In this document: piece after piece, positions 17,860 through 27,095 of the stretch
How the letters are laid out: each line of letters begins with the position of its first letter
How positions within the stretch are numbered: the stretch's first letter is position 1
Virus record (IMG/VR): IMGVR_UViG_3300044691_000243
Location: 1 to 62,643 of that record
DNA: 62,643 nt
Origin: a virus
Lineage: Duplodnaviria; Caudoviricetes
Reading direction: 5' to 3' (one strand)
The notes under the pieces: model-generated
What the model saw: the letters and a program-made list of their open reading frames with translations, nothing else
The model's database searches: none
Told to the model about the DNA's origin: nothing
Program-made: the position numbers and the translations under genes

Positions 17860-18086
17860 TGTGTGCTCCTCAGTTTGTCCCGTAGGACGTTCCAAGGGCC
17901 GAGCCAATCCCGGCCCTGCAATCCTGCCCCGTCGGGCATTTTGGTTTGGCGGGCCGTCAGGCCCTGGTCGCGCGTCGCGTACACGCGCGCGTTACCGCGC
18001 TAGGAGAATAGACGCGTTAAAAGGTGCTAAGCCCATATCAAAAACGCATGGCTCTCTAGTAATTAGATACCTTCGTGTTAAGGGTT

Positions 18087-18652
18087 AAATGTCCGTAGGG
18101 GGCCAAAACCAGCTAAGTGTTTGATATTGTTACCTTTTTGCCCTAATTGGAACTCAATAGTCCTAAATGTCCAAATGTCCAGCTAGTCCCTCCGTGTTTT
18201 TTTTCCACCCACCCCCCCCCTGAAAACGCCATGGTTAATATGGAACTTGGACATTTAAACACATTAAGGTTCCGGCATTGTGGAAGAAAAATCGGCAGAA
18301 GAGAGAGAAATGTCCTAATGTCATAAATGTCTATAAAAATCAATAAGTTAAGGGACGCGGGCTCTCGTTTTCTCTTGCAGTTTTCTTTGTTTGTTCTTTT
18401 CGGAAATATATACTTAACCAATATTAACCGTTAAGTATTCAGTCATATATTTTCTAGCCCAGAGAGACCTCGCCTATGCCGGACATTTGGACATTTAAGA
18501 CATTTAGATTGGGGAACCCGAAAAACGTTAAGACATTCCATTCCTATTCTGCAGACCTGAAAATCAGGTTACATTCCTGTAACGCTATCTGTGGTAATAA
18601 GGTAGCACCCCAGGACATTTAAAGACATTTGCCCCAGCATTTAAAGACATTT
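18087..18652. repeat. AT-rich iteron-like cluster (GACATTT/AAATGTC, about 13 copies) with two IHF consensus sites; putative origin or packaging site
   Basis: Copies at 18087,18165,18173,18249,18308,18325,18481,18489,18499,18613,18624,18646; WATCAANNNNTTR at 18114-18126 (-) and 18338-18350 (+). Confidence 0.7.
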
Positions 18653-18870
18653 AGTTGCCACTTTGTTCTCGCTTGCGCTCATCTTCTGCCGCTCCTCTTT
18701 GTAAGGTGCCGAGGTACCTCTTTCCTGCTCGCCGCAGGCCCCAAAACCCCACCGACGCGCGTCTGTGAATTTGCCCGACGTGGCAAACGCGACCGCCGCG
18801 GCCCGAAATCCGTCCGCGGTTTGGTTGCAACCCGGCCGTGCATCGGCCATACTGCTGAGGAGCAGATACC

Positions 18871-19125
18871 ATGTCCAAAACACTCCATTTCGGCTCACGT
18901 CCTATCGACCAGCATATCGCTAACCGTATTGACCGGCATGTCATCAGGCGGCATACTGTCTGCGGGTTCCAGCGTCTCCAGGAGCTCGCTGCAGAGGACT
19001 ATGCTCGCCATGTTGCCTGGGAAGTCACTCCCGGCCAGCGCCGCTCGCCTTCCTTGCCGAAGGTCACCTATGCCGCATCTGCTCCAGGATTTGGCAAGCG
19101 CACAAATGGCGGAGGGTCACGCTGA
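18871..19125 (+). CDS. Early hypothetical protein
   Basis: GAGGAG RBS; first gene of + arm. Confidence 0.65.
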   Translation: MSKTLHFGSRPIDQHIANRIDRHVIRRHTVCGFQRLQELAAEDYARHVAWEVTPGQRRSPSLPKVTYAASAPGFGKRTNGGGSR

Positions 19126-19337
19126 TGGCTGTGCTCAAACTCCACCAGAGCGTCACCATGCAGCGCATCATGGAAGCTGTGAAGCGCCAGCAGTCATCCC
19201 CCGACAACCCCGGCATCTGCGTCTTGTGCGGCAACGAGGCCGAGGGCTGCGAGCCCGATGCACGCCGCTACGAATGCGAGAGCTGTGGCGAGCGAGGCGT
19301 CTACGGGGCAGAAGAGCTTCTGATGCGCCTAGGCTGA
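19125..19337 (+). CDS. Small zinc-finger protein
   Basis: CVLCG...CEPDARRYECESCG; TGATG coupling. Confidence 0.75.
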   Translation: MAVLKLHQSVTMQRIMEAVKRQQSSPDNPGICVLCGNEAEGCEPDARRYECESCGERGVYGAEELLMRLG

Positions 19338-19459
19338 TTTACCGTCACGGTAACAGAGTATTAACACTTTGCGACCCGCAGGAGAGGGATAATGCGAAGG
19401 CTGCGCCTTCCGCGCAGCCCCAGCAACCCACCATCATCTAACCAACTCAGGAGTGCAAT

Positions 19460-20002
19460 ATGCATATAGAGCGACTGACACACTTACGTGATCTGCTGCG
19501 GGCTGATGCAGCCAATCCCACCGGGGTAAAGTTCGATCTCTCGGCGTGGGTGGGTCATGCCAGCACGAACAACCCCGACGAAATCGTCAACATATTTGAC
19601 ATGGTCGAGGTTGACGGTAACAAGGTGCCAACGCAACCGATCGCAATATCCTGTGACACATATGTGTGTGCGCTTGGTCTGGCTGCGCTCGATCCCGTGT
19701 TTCAGGCACAAGGCCTGCACTTCGAGGTATGCCCGACGCACAACCCCACGTTGGCGTGGATGATACCGCAGTTCGGTGCCGATGACGGCTTCCAGGCTGG
19801 CGCCGCGTTCTTCGACATCAGCCTCGAAGACAGCCTGTATCTGTTCGATCAGAACAGCTACAGTGACTGCCCGGTCAAGGCGGAAGGCGAGCTGTATGTG
19901 GCCGATCGGGTGGACGACCTGATCAACGGCATCGTCGATAACTATTATCACCCTGAATACAAAGACGAGGGTGACAAAGACGAGGGTGACAACGAAGACT
20001 GA
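19460..20002 (+). CDS. Acidic hypothetical protein
   Basis: AGGAG RBS; 180 aa; C..CALG motif. Confidence 0.7.
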   Translation: MHIERLTHLRDLLRADAANPTGVKFDLSAWVGHASTNNPDEIVNIFDMVEVDGNKVPTQPIAISCDTYVCALGLAALDPVFQAQGLHFEVCPTHNPTLAWMIPQFGADDGFQAGAAFFDISLEDSLYLFDQNSYSDCPVKAEGELYVADRVDDLINGIVDNYYHPEYKDEGDKDEGDNED

Positions 20003-20078
20003 AGACGTTTCGACACTGTGCCCTGCGGGGCACAGCACAAAACGCCTTCTAACCTTCCAACCGGCTGAGGAGCCTAAT

Positions 20079-20333
20079 ATGAGCAAAGACCAGGATCGGA
20101 TATTCATGGCCGCCATGGAGCTTCGGGCACTGCCCATCTGCATCGTGTGCCGGGGTCCCAAAGGCCCGGGTACGGTAATTTGCTGGCCCTGCCACATACG
20201 GCAGAAGCGGATCAACGCCGACAAGCCCTATGACTACGATCCCGTGATCACCGAGATCATGGACGCGTTTGAAGCTGGCAAGGTGGCAATCGACAACGCC
20301 GGAAATATAACCATGGAACTGGAGGGTATGTGA
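20079..20333 (+). CDS. Small zinc-finger protein
   Basis: GAGGAG RBS before MSKDQD; CIVC...CWPC. Confidence 0.65.
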   Translation: MSKDQDRIFMAAMELRALPICIVCRGPKGPGTVICWPCHIRQKRINADKPYDYDPVITEIMDAFEAGKVAIDNAGNITMELEGM

Positions 20334-20650
20334 TGACACCAGAATTTAAAGCGCGCTGGATCGCCGATCTGCGTAAGCATCCCAAGACCACGGGCTATCT
20401 CAAGCACGACGGCGCCTATTGCTGCCTTGGTGTTGCCTGCATGACGCTGGGCGGACACTTCGAAAAGGGAGGCGATGGCAACACTCGCCCGTTCTTGGGC
20501 AGTAACAACCTCGCATACGGCGAGGAGCTTGCTTACAGCACGCTGGAGCTCATGGGCCTCACCTACAGCGCCCAGACCACGCTGATCGACTTGAACGACC
20601 GCAGCGACACATTCGAGCCTGTGATCGAGTGGATCGAGGAGAACCTGTGA
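20330..20650 (+). CDS. Conserved-type phage hypothetical protein
   Basis: W...LR...YCCLGV...LND...TF..IEENL pattern common in phage early proteins. Confidence 0.7.
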   Translation: MMTPEFKARWIADLRKHPKTTGYLKHDGAYCCLGVACMTLGGHFEKGGDGNTRPFLGSNNLAYGEELAYSTLELMGLTYSAQTTLIDLNDRSDTFEPVIEWIEENL

Positions 20651-21009
20651 GCCACAAATATCCGACCAGGGTGAAACTCGCGGACACTATTCAGTTGTTC
20701 GAAGGATCATTCGTGCAGCCAGCCTGTGAGCCCGGAAGAGCGAAAGGAAGGTGGACAATGCGCCTTAGCCTCGATCAGATGCGGGAGTGGAAGCGTGAGC
20801 TCGCCGGCATGGACGACACGATGCTGCAGAACGTGGTGGTCTATAACCGCGACCGCTCGCTTGCGCTGCCGTCTCACCCGTGGTCGTTCTACCATCTGGC
20901 GCGGGACGAGCAGATCAACCGTAACACGGTAGGACCGTCGTGTCCGTGGCCAATGGAGATGGGCGAAGAAGGTCCGATTGTCAATCTAGTGACGGAGGAG
21001 GAAGCCTGA
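20647..21009 (+). CDS. Hypothetical protein
   Basis: GTGA overlap start (alternative ATG 20758). Confidence 0.5.
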   Translation: MSHKYPTRVKLADTIQLFEGSFVQPACEPGRAKGRWTMRLSLDQMREWKRELAGMDDTMLQNVVVYNRDRSLALPSHPWSFYHLARDEQINRNTVGPSCPWPMEMGEEGPIVNLVTEEEA

Positions 21010-21224
21010 TGCTCTATATCGCGCTAGGGATAATAGGCGTTGCGTTCTGTGTCCCGTTCTTCATCGCATATCGCCGCTCACTTCCCGGTGGCGGTCCATC
21101 CTCTGACCCTAAATGCGAAACGTGCTCGCCATGGTCCCGCATTGAACAGCGCGACCTTGACACGGTGCATCAGCTTTGGCTTGCTGAGCGCATTAGGCCT
21201 TATCCATACGGGGAGACGTTCTGA
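21009..21224 (+). CDS. Small membrane protein
   Basis: N-terminal TM MLYIALGIIGVAFCVPFF; TGATG coupling. Confidence 0.55.
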   Translation: MLYIALGIIGVAFCVPFFIAYRRSLPGGGPSSDPKCETCSPWSRIEQRDLDTVHQLWLAERIRPYPYGETF

Positions 21225-21403
21225 TGCGCAGCAAGGTAGCACCGGCGCCAACTACACCGGCTTGGGTAGTGGCGATCATCTGCGCGCTGGCGCCGACCGC
21301 GATCACGCTGCTGTTGGTTGCGCTGGCCGCGTTAGGCTATACGCTGCTGCACGGCGATGCCTCGTTTCTGTATATTATGCTCTTTATGATGGGAGTAGAC
21401 TAA
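21224..21403 (+). CDS. Small membrane protein (59 aa)
   Basis: Manual translation; hydrophobic; TGATG and TAATG coupling on both ends. Confidence 0.5.
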   Translation: MRSKVAPAPTTPAWVVAIICALAPTAITLLLVALAALGYTLLHGDASFLYIMLFMMGVD

Positions 21404-21582
21404 TGACAATGCCAGTTGACAGGATCATGCTCGCCAAGGAAGTTTTGGTCGATCTGCTGCATGCCATGGAGAAGCTGAACGAGCTTGACACCCTGATGTG
21501 CCAGCACGCCGTAAGCGGCCTGATCGGAGACTGTGCCACGATGATGCACAGCGAGGTTATGTCGCGAGCGGGGAAGGCGTGA
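21403..21582 (+). CDS. Hypothetical protein (59 aa)
   Basis: MTMPVDRIML start coupled to upstream stop. Confidence 0.5.
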   Translation: MTMPVDRIMLAKEVLVDLLHAMEKLNELDTLMCQHAVSGLIGDCATMMHSEVMSRAGKA

Positions 21583-21809
21583 TGGGGTTCTATCCGAAAC
21601 ACTTGAAGGTGCGTCGATCGCTCGGACTTTACTCAAAAGAGCCGGATTACCGTCACGGTAATTCGTGTCGCTTCGGCGATACACCAGCTTGCGCGACACA
21701 CGGGCACTCCTGCTCTTGCCGGCCATGGCGAAGGCGGCGTTTTGCCCGACGCGGCAAAAGTTTAAATTTTCCGAGCGGCGCGGAACGCCGCCCCCAATAG
21801 GAGTAAAAC

Positions 21810-22583
21810 ATGCCACAAACGACCCCATCTAACCCATCGCTCTCAAACAAGATCACGTTTGACAGCATTCGTGCTGACATGCGTGATCTCGGGATGCAAG
21901 CCGGCCAGGGCGCAGACACGCAAGTGAAAGCGCTCTTGCGAGCAGTCGAGGGCAGCTACCACGCCGCCCTTGACTTGTCCAAAAACAAGCACGGCGACGA
22001 TATCGACGATGCGACGGTGCTTGCAGAGGATTATTTCAAAGCACGAAATAGCGCGGTGGTCTTTGATGCGAAAAGCCCTAACCAACGTAAGTTGGTTAGC
22101 ACCATCCGCACTTCGATCAAGCTCGGCTCATATACCAAGGGCGGCACGGGAGAACCCATCGCCACGGTGCAGAACTTGATGACGATGTGCGCCAACCTTC
22201 GCAAAATCCCGGGCGAAGTGAAGAAATTGAACGATCCTGCGAACACATTGCTTAACTATGCTCGCGTGCAGTTGTGGCGGGATACCCTCATTGAGGATGA
22301 CGAGCTCAAAACCTTCTGTTACAAAAAGCCACAAGAGTTCGCCACTGCCGAGGACATCATCGAACGATGTGCGAAGCAGCTGGAGAGCCTCGCTAACGGC
22401 AAGGCCGCGCACGGTACCGCACAGAACAATGGCAATAACGTCACAGACGCAGCCAGGGCACTCCGCAAGGAGCTCGCTGCCATCGCAACAGCAAGAGGGC
22501 AGTCGGGCGCACCGCAAGTCGGAAGAGCAACGCAGGCCAGAAGCACACCCGTTCCGCAGCCGGCAGACGCAACTACTCCGTAG
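21810..22583 (+). CDS. Hypothetical protein
   Basis: AGGAG RBS; 257 aa helical. Confidence 0.75.
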   Translation: MPQTTPSNPSLSNKITFDSIRADMRDLGMQAGQGADTQVKALLRAVEGSYHAALDLSKNKHGDDIDDATVLAEDYFKARNSAVVFDAKSPNQRKLVSTIRTSIKLGSYTKGGTGEPIATVQNLMTMCANLRKIPGEVKKLNDPANTLLNYARVQLWRDTLIEDDELKTFCYKKPQEFATAEDIIERCAKQLESLANGKAAHGTAQNNGNNVTDAARALRKELAAIATARGQSGAPQVGRATQARSTPVPQPADATTP

Positions 22584-22585
22584 GT

Positions 22586-22667
22586 TTCACTGTGAAGGGC
22601 CATTAATGGCGCGCAGTGAAGGCCGGGAAGGTGGCTCCTCAGCACCTTCCCGGCCACTATTGTTTCT
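22586..22667 (+). terminator. Double hairpin, probable intrinsic terminator
   Basis: TTCACTG/CAGTGAA stem then GGCCGGGAAGGTG/CACCTTCCCGGCC 13-bp stem with T-rich tail. Confidence 0.55.
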
Positions 22668-22701
22668 GGGGTACACTCTAGTCCATCATGAGGAGGACAA
22701 G

Positions 22702-23040
22702 ATGTCACTACCGAAGGCAACAGACGACGAGATGCTTGCTGGTCTAAACAGGATCGGCACGACGGACCAACAGGTAGCGTTCATGGCGCGACTTCTTCAC
22801 ACGGCCTATGGGAAGTTAGCCCCGGAGCCGTGGGTCCAGAGATGGATCAGCGCGCATGCGACGACGTTGAGCCGGGGATACCCTGTTAGTTTTAAGGAAG
22901 TGGCAGACAAAGCCGACGTGGAAGAGAAGGAGGCGTGGGACGACTGGAAACGCCGCGCCAAGGCGTCATGGCGTAAGCCGTTCAAGTGGGGAGCGCGCCA
23001 GCTCAATAAGTTGGCGTACCCTAGGATGCCAGGACGGTAG
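22702..23040 (+). CDS. Hypothetical protein
   Basis: GAGGAGG RBS before MSLPKATDDE. Confidence 0.65.
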   Translation: MSLPKATDDEMLAGLNRIGTTDQQVAFMARLLHTAYGKLAPEPWVQRWISAHATTLSRGYPVSFKEVADKADVEEKEAWDDWKRRAKASWRKPFKWGARQLNKLAYPRMPGR

Positions 23041-23101
23041 AATATTAAAGTTTTTGCCCGACGCGGCAAAAGACCCCCGAAACTGAAACTGAGGAGGCTA
23101 A

Positions 23102-24250
23102 ATGAATATCTTGGAAGCACGGCGCCAGTCGATGGCGCTTATCGAGGCTGGCAATGCCGTGATCTGGTCGAGCGGCTCCGGCATGGGCAAGTCGCAAGTT
23201 GCCTACGGCATGTTCGAGGAGCTTAGGGACCGCGACGCGGCCAAGGGCATCTCATGGGGCTTCTGCACGTTCTTCGCAGCGACGCAGACGCCCACTGACT
23301 TGATCGGCGTGCAGTTCAAGGGCGAACGCACGTACCAGATCACCAACCCGTCCAGTGGTCAGGTTGAGGACCACAAGATCACGATCACCGACCCGGCCAT
23401 TCCGCTCTGGATGGTCTCCAGCGAGGGTAAGCCGGCGTTCATGTATGATCGCATCTTCCTCCTGATCGATGAGTACGGGCAGGGCGAGGCGGACACCAAG
23501 CGGTCCATAGCCGAAATATTTTTAAACGGGGGAACTCCCCCATGGTACTTGCCGGCCGGCTCTGTCCGTATCGCCTGCACCAACCAAGGTGCACGTTACG
23601 GCGTGAGTAAAGACTTCGATTTCTGTATCGCCCGGCGCTTCACGATACAGATCGAAGGAGATATCGAGATCACGCTTCGCTATCTTGACAAGCCCTATAT
23701 GCATCAGGGCAAGCAGTGGCTGACCACGCCGGTTGTCAAGGCTTGGGCTGCACAGAACCCGGCCGTCGTGTTCGAGAGTGAGCCGAAGGAACAGGGACCG
23801 TGGTGCAACCCGCGGCAACTGTGTGCGGCTGATCGCTATATACAGACGATGTGGCAGCAGGCCGGCAACCAAGACGTTACTCCGGAGATGATGAGCGTGA
23901 TTGCGGGTGGCATCGGTATGCCGGCTGCGACTTCGCTGCTCAGCCATCTGGAGTTCCTGACGCAACTGCCCTCTTATGCCGACGTCGTGGCCGATCCGGT
24001 CGGGACCGAGGTACCAACGCGCGCCGATCTGCAGATGCTGATGGCGTACCAGATGGCTGGATACACTCAAGTGGCGGACCTTGCTCCGTGTATCACGTAT
24101 ATCCAGCGACTGCCCAAAGACATGGGGGTCACGTATATTTCATCTCTCCTACGGAGAGATTATAAAGGCATCATCAACCAGCCGGCAATGCAAGCGTGGA
24201 TCAACAAAAACGCGGCATTGATCTCGATTATTTCTTCGCTGAACAGCTGA
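23102..24250 (+). CDS. MoxR-like AAA+ ATPase
   Basis: Walker A SGSGMGKS, Walker B FLLIDEY, ACTN sensor, NPRQL. Confidence 0.85.
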   Translation: MNILEARRQSMALIEAGNAVIWSSGSGMGKSQVAYGMFEELRDRDAAKGISWGFCTFFAATQTPTDLIGVQFKGERTYQITNPSSGQVEDHKITITDPAIPLWMVSSEGKPAFMYDRIFLLIDEYGQGEADTKRSIAEIFLNGGTPPWYLPAGSVRIACTNQGARYGVSKDFDFCIARRFTIQIEGDIEITLRYLDKPYMHQGKQWLTTPVVKAWAAQNPAVVFESEPKEQGPWCNPRQLCAADRYIQTMWQQAGNQDVTPEMMSVIAGGIGMPAATSLLSHLEFLTQLPSYADVVADPVGTEVPTRADLQMLMAYQMAGYTQVADLAPCITYIQRLPKDMGVTYISSLLRRDYKGIINQPAMQAWINKNAALISIISSLNS

Positions 24251-24258
24251 GAACGTAA

Positions 24259-24723
24259 ATGAGCTACGTGAAGGATTGGTGCAGAGCAAACGGATACGAC
24301 TACCGGCTGTATATTTGCTGGATGTCTATGCGCTGGCGCTGCACCAATCCCAAGCGTAAAGACTATCACCGCTACGGCGGGCGCGGGATCAAGGTGTGTG
24401 CCCGATGGGGCAATTACGCGAACTTTGCGGCAGATATGGGTCCGCACCCCGGTAAGGGCTTTTCGCTTGACCGCAAGCGGAACAATGAGAATTACCGCCA
24501 CGGTAACTGCCGGTGGGCAACCACCACGGTGCAGAACCGGAACCGAAATTTATCGACGCGCTCCGGCAAGCTGACCCTTGCAAAGGTGGCGCGGATACGC
24601 AAGCTGTACGCTGGCGATGCTCGATCTAAACGAGGAAGCATTTCTCAGCAGGCACTAGCCGACAGATACGGGATCAGCCGTCCGATGGTCTCGTATATCC
24701 TCAAGGGCACCACATGGAAATGA
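24259..24723 (+). CDS. HNH endonuclease with C-terminal HTH
   Basis: W.SMR.RC, RYGGRGIKVC.RW, SLDRKRNN..Y..GNCRWAT; SQQALADRYGISRPMVS HTH. Confidence 0.88.
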   Translation: MSYVKDWCRANGYDYRLYICWMSMRWRCTNPKRKDYHRYGGRGIKVCARWGNYANFAADMGPHPGKGFSLDRKRNNENYRHGNCRWATTTVQNRNRNLSTRSGKLTLAKVARIRKLYAGDARSKRGSISQQALADRYGISRPMVSYILKGTTWK

Positions 24724-24864
24724 AGCCGCTCGCTTCATCATTGGGAGGTTAAATCGCAGAGGCAATTCACAATAGAATTAAGGGTAGACTTCGCGGACAG
24801 CGAGAAGCTGGGACCGCTGAAGCAAATCCTGCAGCAAGCCGCACGGCATGCTTATGCTACCGCC

Positions 24865-25062
24865 ATGCTGCTCAGCGACAACCCCAAGTCGACGCGGGTC
24901 GCAATCTTCAGCGATGACTTCTTCACCGGGCATCAGGAGATTGCTCTTCTCGAAGATGTGATCCAGCAGGGCCTGGATGCAACTGGCGAGGACACCAGCG
25001 GTAGCGATAGCATCTCCAGCGAGCTATTGTCGGCGGTGCAGAGCCCGAAAGATGCAGGGTAA
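24865..25062 (+). CDS. Hypothetical protein (open frame extends upstream to 24724 without a start codon)
   Basis: See frameshift finding. Confidence 0.5.
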   Translation: MLLSDNPKSTRVAIFSDDFFTGHQEIALLEDVIQQGLDATGEDTSGSDSISSELLSAVQSPKDAG

Positions 25063-25090
25063 CTGGCCAGACTTAAGAGGGGTACTCACC

Positions 25091-25279
25091 ATGGCAAAGA
25101 GTGATCCACGCTGGCGCAGCTTCTGCGAGCGGTATTTCGTAGCCCGTGCTGGTTTCTTTCGGCAAGACCCCAACGGTCTTGCCGAGGATACCTGGACGTG
25201 CATCCTGGATGCGAAGCGTGTCTACGCCATGATAAAGCGCACTGGCGAGAACATTGAGCCGGAGGATGGCGGGTTTTGA
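25091..25279 (+). CDS. Hypothetical protein
   Basis: GAGGGG RBS before MAKSDPRW. Confidence 0.55.
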   Translation: MAKSDPRWRSFCERYFVARAGFFRQDPNGLAEDTWTCILDAKRVYAMIKRTGENIEPEDGGF

Positions 25280-25587
25280 AATACGCCAGACAAAAAGGGA
25301 CCGGCGCCCACCTGCTCAGCGAAGATGGGTACCGCATACGTAAATGTTACCTGCAGGCCAAGATGCGCTACAGCGAATTTGTCCATAAGAAGCGCCCTAT
25401 TGGCGCATCGTGGCAGGAATATCAGCAATGGAACGATTGGTGCGCCTCCTGGTATGGGGCGCTTATTGCCAACAAGGATCAGGCTGTTGAAGATGCCCTG
25501 ATCCGCAAACGGAAGGAGAAAGCATGTCGCAGAGCACTATACCAGAGATCAGCCCAGAGGAGCTCGAAAAAGAGAGCCTCAAGCTGA
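25276..25587 (+). CDS. Basic hypothetical protein
   Basis: TTGA overlap start; overlaps next gene by about 60 nt. Confidence 0.4.
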   Translation: MKYARQKGTGAHLLSEDGYRIRKCYLQAKMRYSEFVHKKRPIGASWQEYQQWNDWCASWYGALIANKDQAVEDALIRKRKEKACRRALYQRSAQRSSKKRASS

Positions 25588-26801
25588 CGCCGCAGCAGAA
25601 GAGCCAGTGGCAGGACACCATGTCGCTGATGGCGTGGACGTGTCCCGGGTTCCGGCATCTGTTCTACAAGCTCCTCGCGAATAACAAGGGCGAGTATGGT
25701 GCCGTCCCTACGCGACGTGTCCCTGTGGCCGCGACCGACGCGCGCAACATCCTGATCAACCCCGAGGCGTTCTTCAAGTACGACTTGAAAGAGCGCGTGT
25801 TCATCATGGGCCACGAGATCGTGCACAACGTCTATGGCGATGTCGAGTTTTTAAATCGCTGCCACCAGAGTGGCAGCGTGCCAATGGACGACGGGACCAC
25901 GCTGCCGTTCCGCGAGAGCACGATGCAGAAGGCGATGGACTATCGCATTAACGCGCTCCTGAAAGAGAGCAAGATCGGCGCCCCACCCAAGGACTGCTTG
26001 CTGGACGATACGATCGCCACAGCCAACGAAGGCGTGTGTGATGTCTACAAGAAAGTCTATGACGATGAAGAGAGCGGCGGGGCCAAGACCGGCAAGTACC
26101 AGGGGTTTGACGTTATCCTGAAACCTGGCCAGAGTAACGGCACGGGGAGCTCGCAGCGCAATCAGCAGCAGTGGGGTGTCGAGATCGCCGCCGCGCAGAC
26201 GCTGGAGGCGATGAAGTCCCAGGGCCACGGCATGGGTGCGCTGAACAAGATGTTCGAGCAGCTGCTCAATCCAGTCGTTCCATGGACCGACCACATTCAA
26301 GGCATCTTCAACCGCAAGGTAGGATCGGGCAGCTACAACTGGAAGAAGCCTGACCGACGCTTCATCATCCACGACATATATGCTCCATCAAGATCAGGCA
26401 ACGGCGCCGGCTGGGTGGTGTGCTGGGGTGACACGTCGGGCTCATGCATTGCGGACGTGAACAAGTTCATGCCAGAGATTGCCTCTATCCTTGAGGATTG
26501 CCAGCCGCAGCGCCTGACGATCGTGTGGTGTGATGACGGTATCCAGCGGATTGACGAGCTCGCCGAGCCTATGGACCTTGAGACCACACGGGGCGAGGGT
26601 GCTCCGGGCGGAGGCGGCACCAGCTGCACGCCAGTGTTCGACTGGATCGCCGAGCACATCGAGCGCCCCGAAGTGTTCATCGGGTTCACTGATCTGTATG
26701 TGGACTTCCCGCCGCAAGAGCCGGATATCCCGGTGATAATCTGGGCCTCAACCACGGACAAGGTGGCACCGTGGGGCGATACGGTGTATCTCAACCCGTA
26801 A
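25524..26801 (+). CDS. DUF2201-type metallopeptidase + VWA domain protein
   Basis: AATD, HEIVH zinc motif, DTSGS MIDAS, GGGGTS, FTD. Confidence 0.88.
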   Translation: MSQSTIPEISPEELEKESLKLTPQQKSQWQDTMSLMAWTCPGFRHLFYKLLANNKGEYGAVPTRRVPVAATDARNILINPEAFFKYDLKERVFIMGHEIVHNVYGDVEFLNRCHQSGSVPMDDGTTLPFRESTMQKAMDYRINALLKESKIGAPPKDCLLDDTIATANEGVCDVYKKVYDDEESGGAKTGKYQGFDVILKPGQSNGTGSSQRNQQQWGVEIAAAQTLEAMKSQGHGMGALNKMFEQLLNPVVPWTDHIQGIFNRKVGSGSYNWKKPDRRFIIHDIYAPSRSGNGAGWVVCWGDTSGSCIADVNKFMPEIASILEDCQPQRLTIVWCDDGIQRIDELAEPMDLETTRGEGAPGGGGTSCTPVFDWIAEHIERPEVFIGFTDLYVDFPPQEPDIPVIIWASTTDKVAPWGDTVYLNP

Positions 26802-27028
26802 TGGCGAGCCGCTTGCAGAGGGCAGAAAGGGTCTTAGCATGCATCGAGCGGCATAACGCGAGATGGCGTTATGCCGCGGAAGAGTGGCGTCGTTATATCA
26901 ATCTGCCAGTGCCTCGCGGCGGGGCGGACAGTGATGAGCTCTTTAAATGGTTTGAAGACCGCGGAGAGTATCTCCGCAGCGAATATCGCGCGCCGATCGA
27001 CCGCAAAATTAAATTACCGTCACGGTAA
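26801..27028 (+). CDS. Hypothetical protein
   Basis: TAATG coupling; its stop codon is the last 3 nt of a TTACCG palindrome. Confidence 0.55.
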   Translation: MASRLQRAERVLACIERHNARWRYAAEEWRRYINLPVPRGGADSDELFKWFEDRGEYLRSEYRAPIDRKIKLPSR

Positions 27029-27033
27029 TTCTC

Positions 27034-27067
27034 CCCCACAAGCCTCAGGCTTGTGGGGTCTATTTTT
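27034..27067 (+). terminator. Intrinsic terminator
   Basis: CCCCACAAGCC-TCA-GGCTTGTGGGG then TCTATTTTT. Confidence 0.75.
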
Positions 27068-27095
27068 GGAAAAAGCAAAACACAAGGAGGTGAAG

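Noticed and set aside
18143-19441. ORFs 18143..18421 (-) and 18629..19441 (+)
   Set aside because: First lies in the iteron region; second overlaps better-supported small genes with RBSs; neither has recognisable motifs
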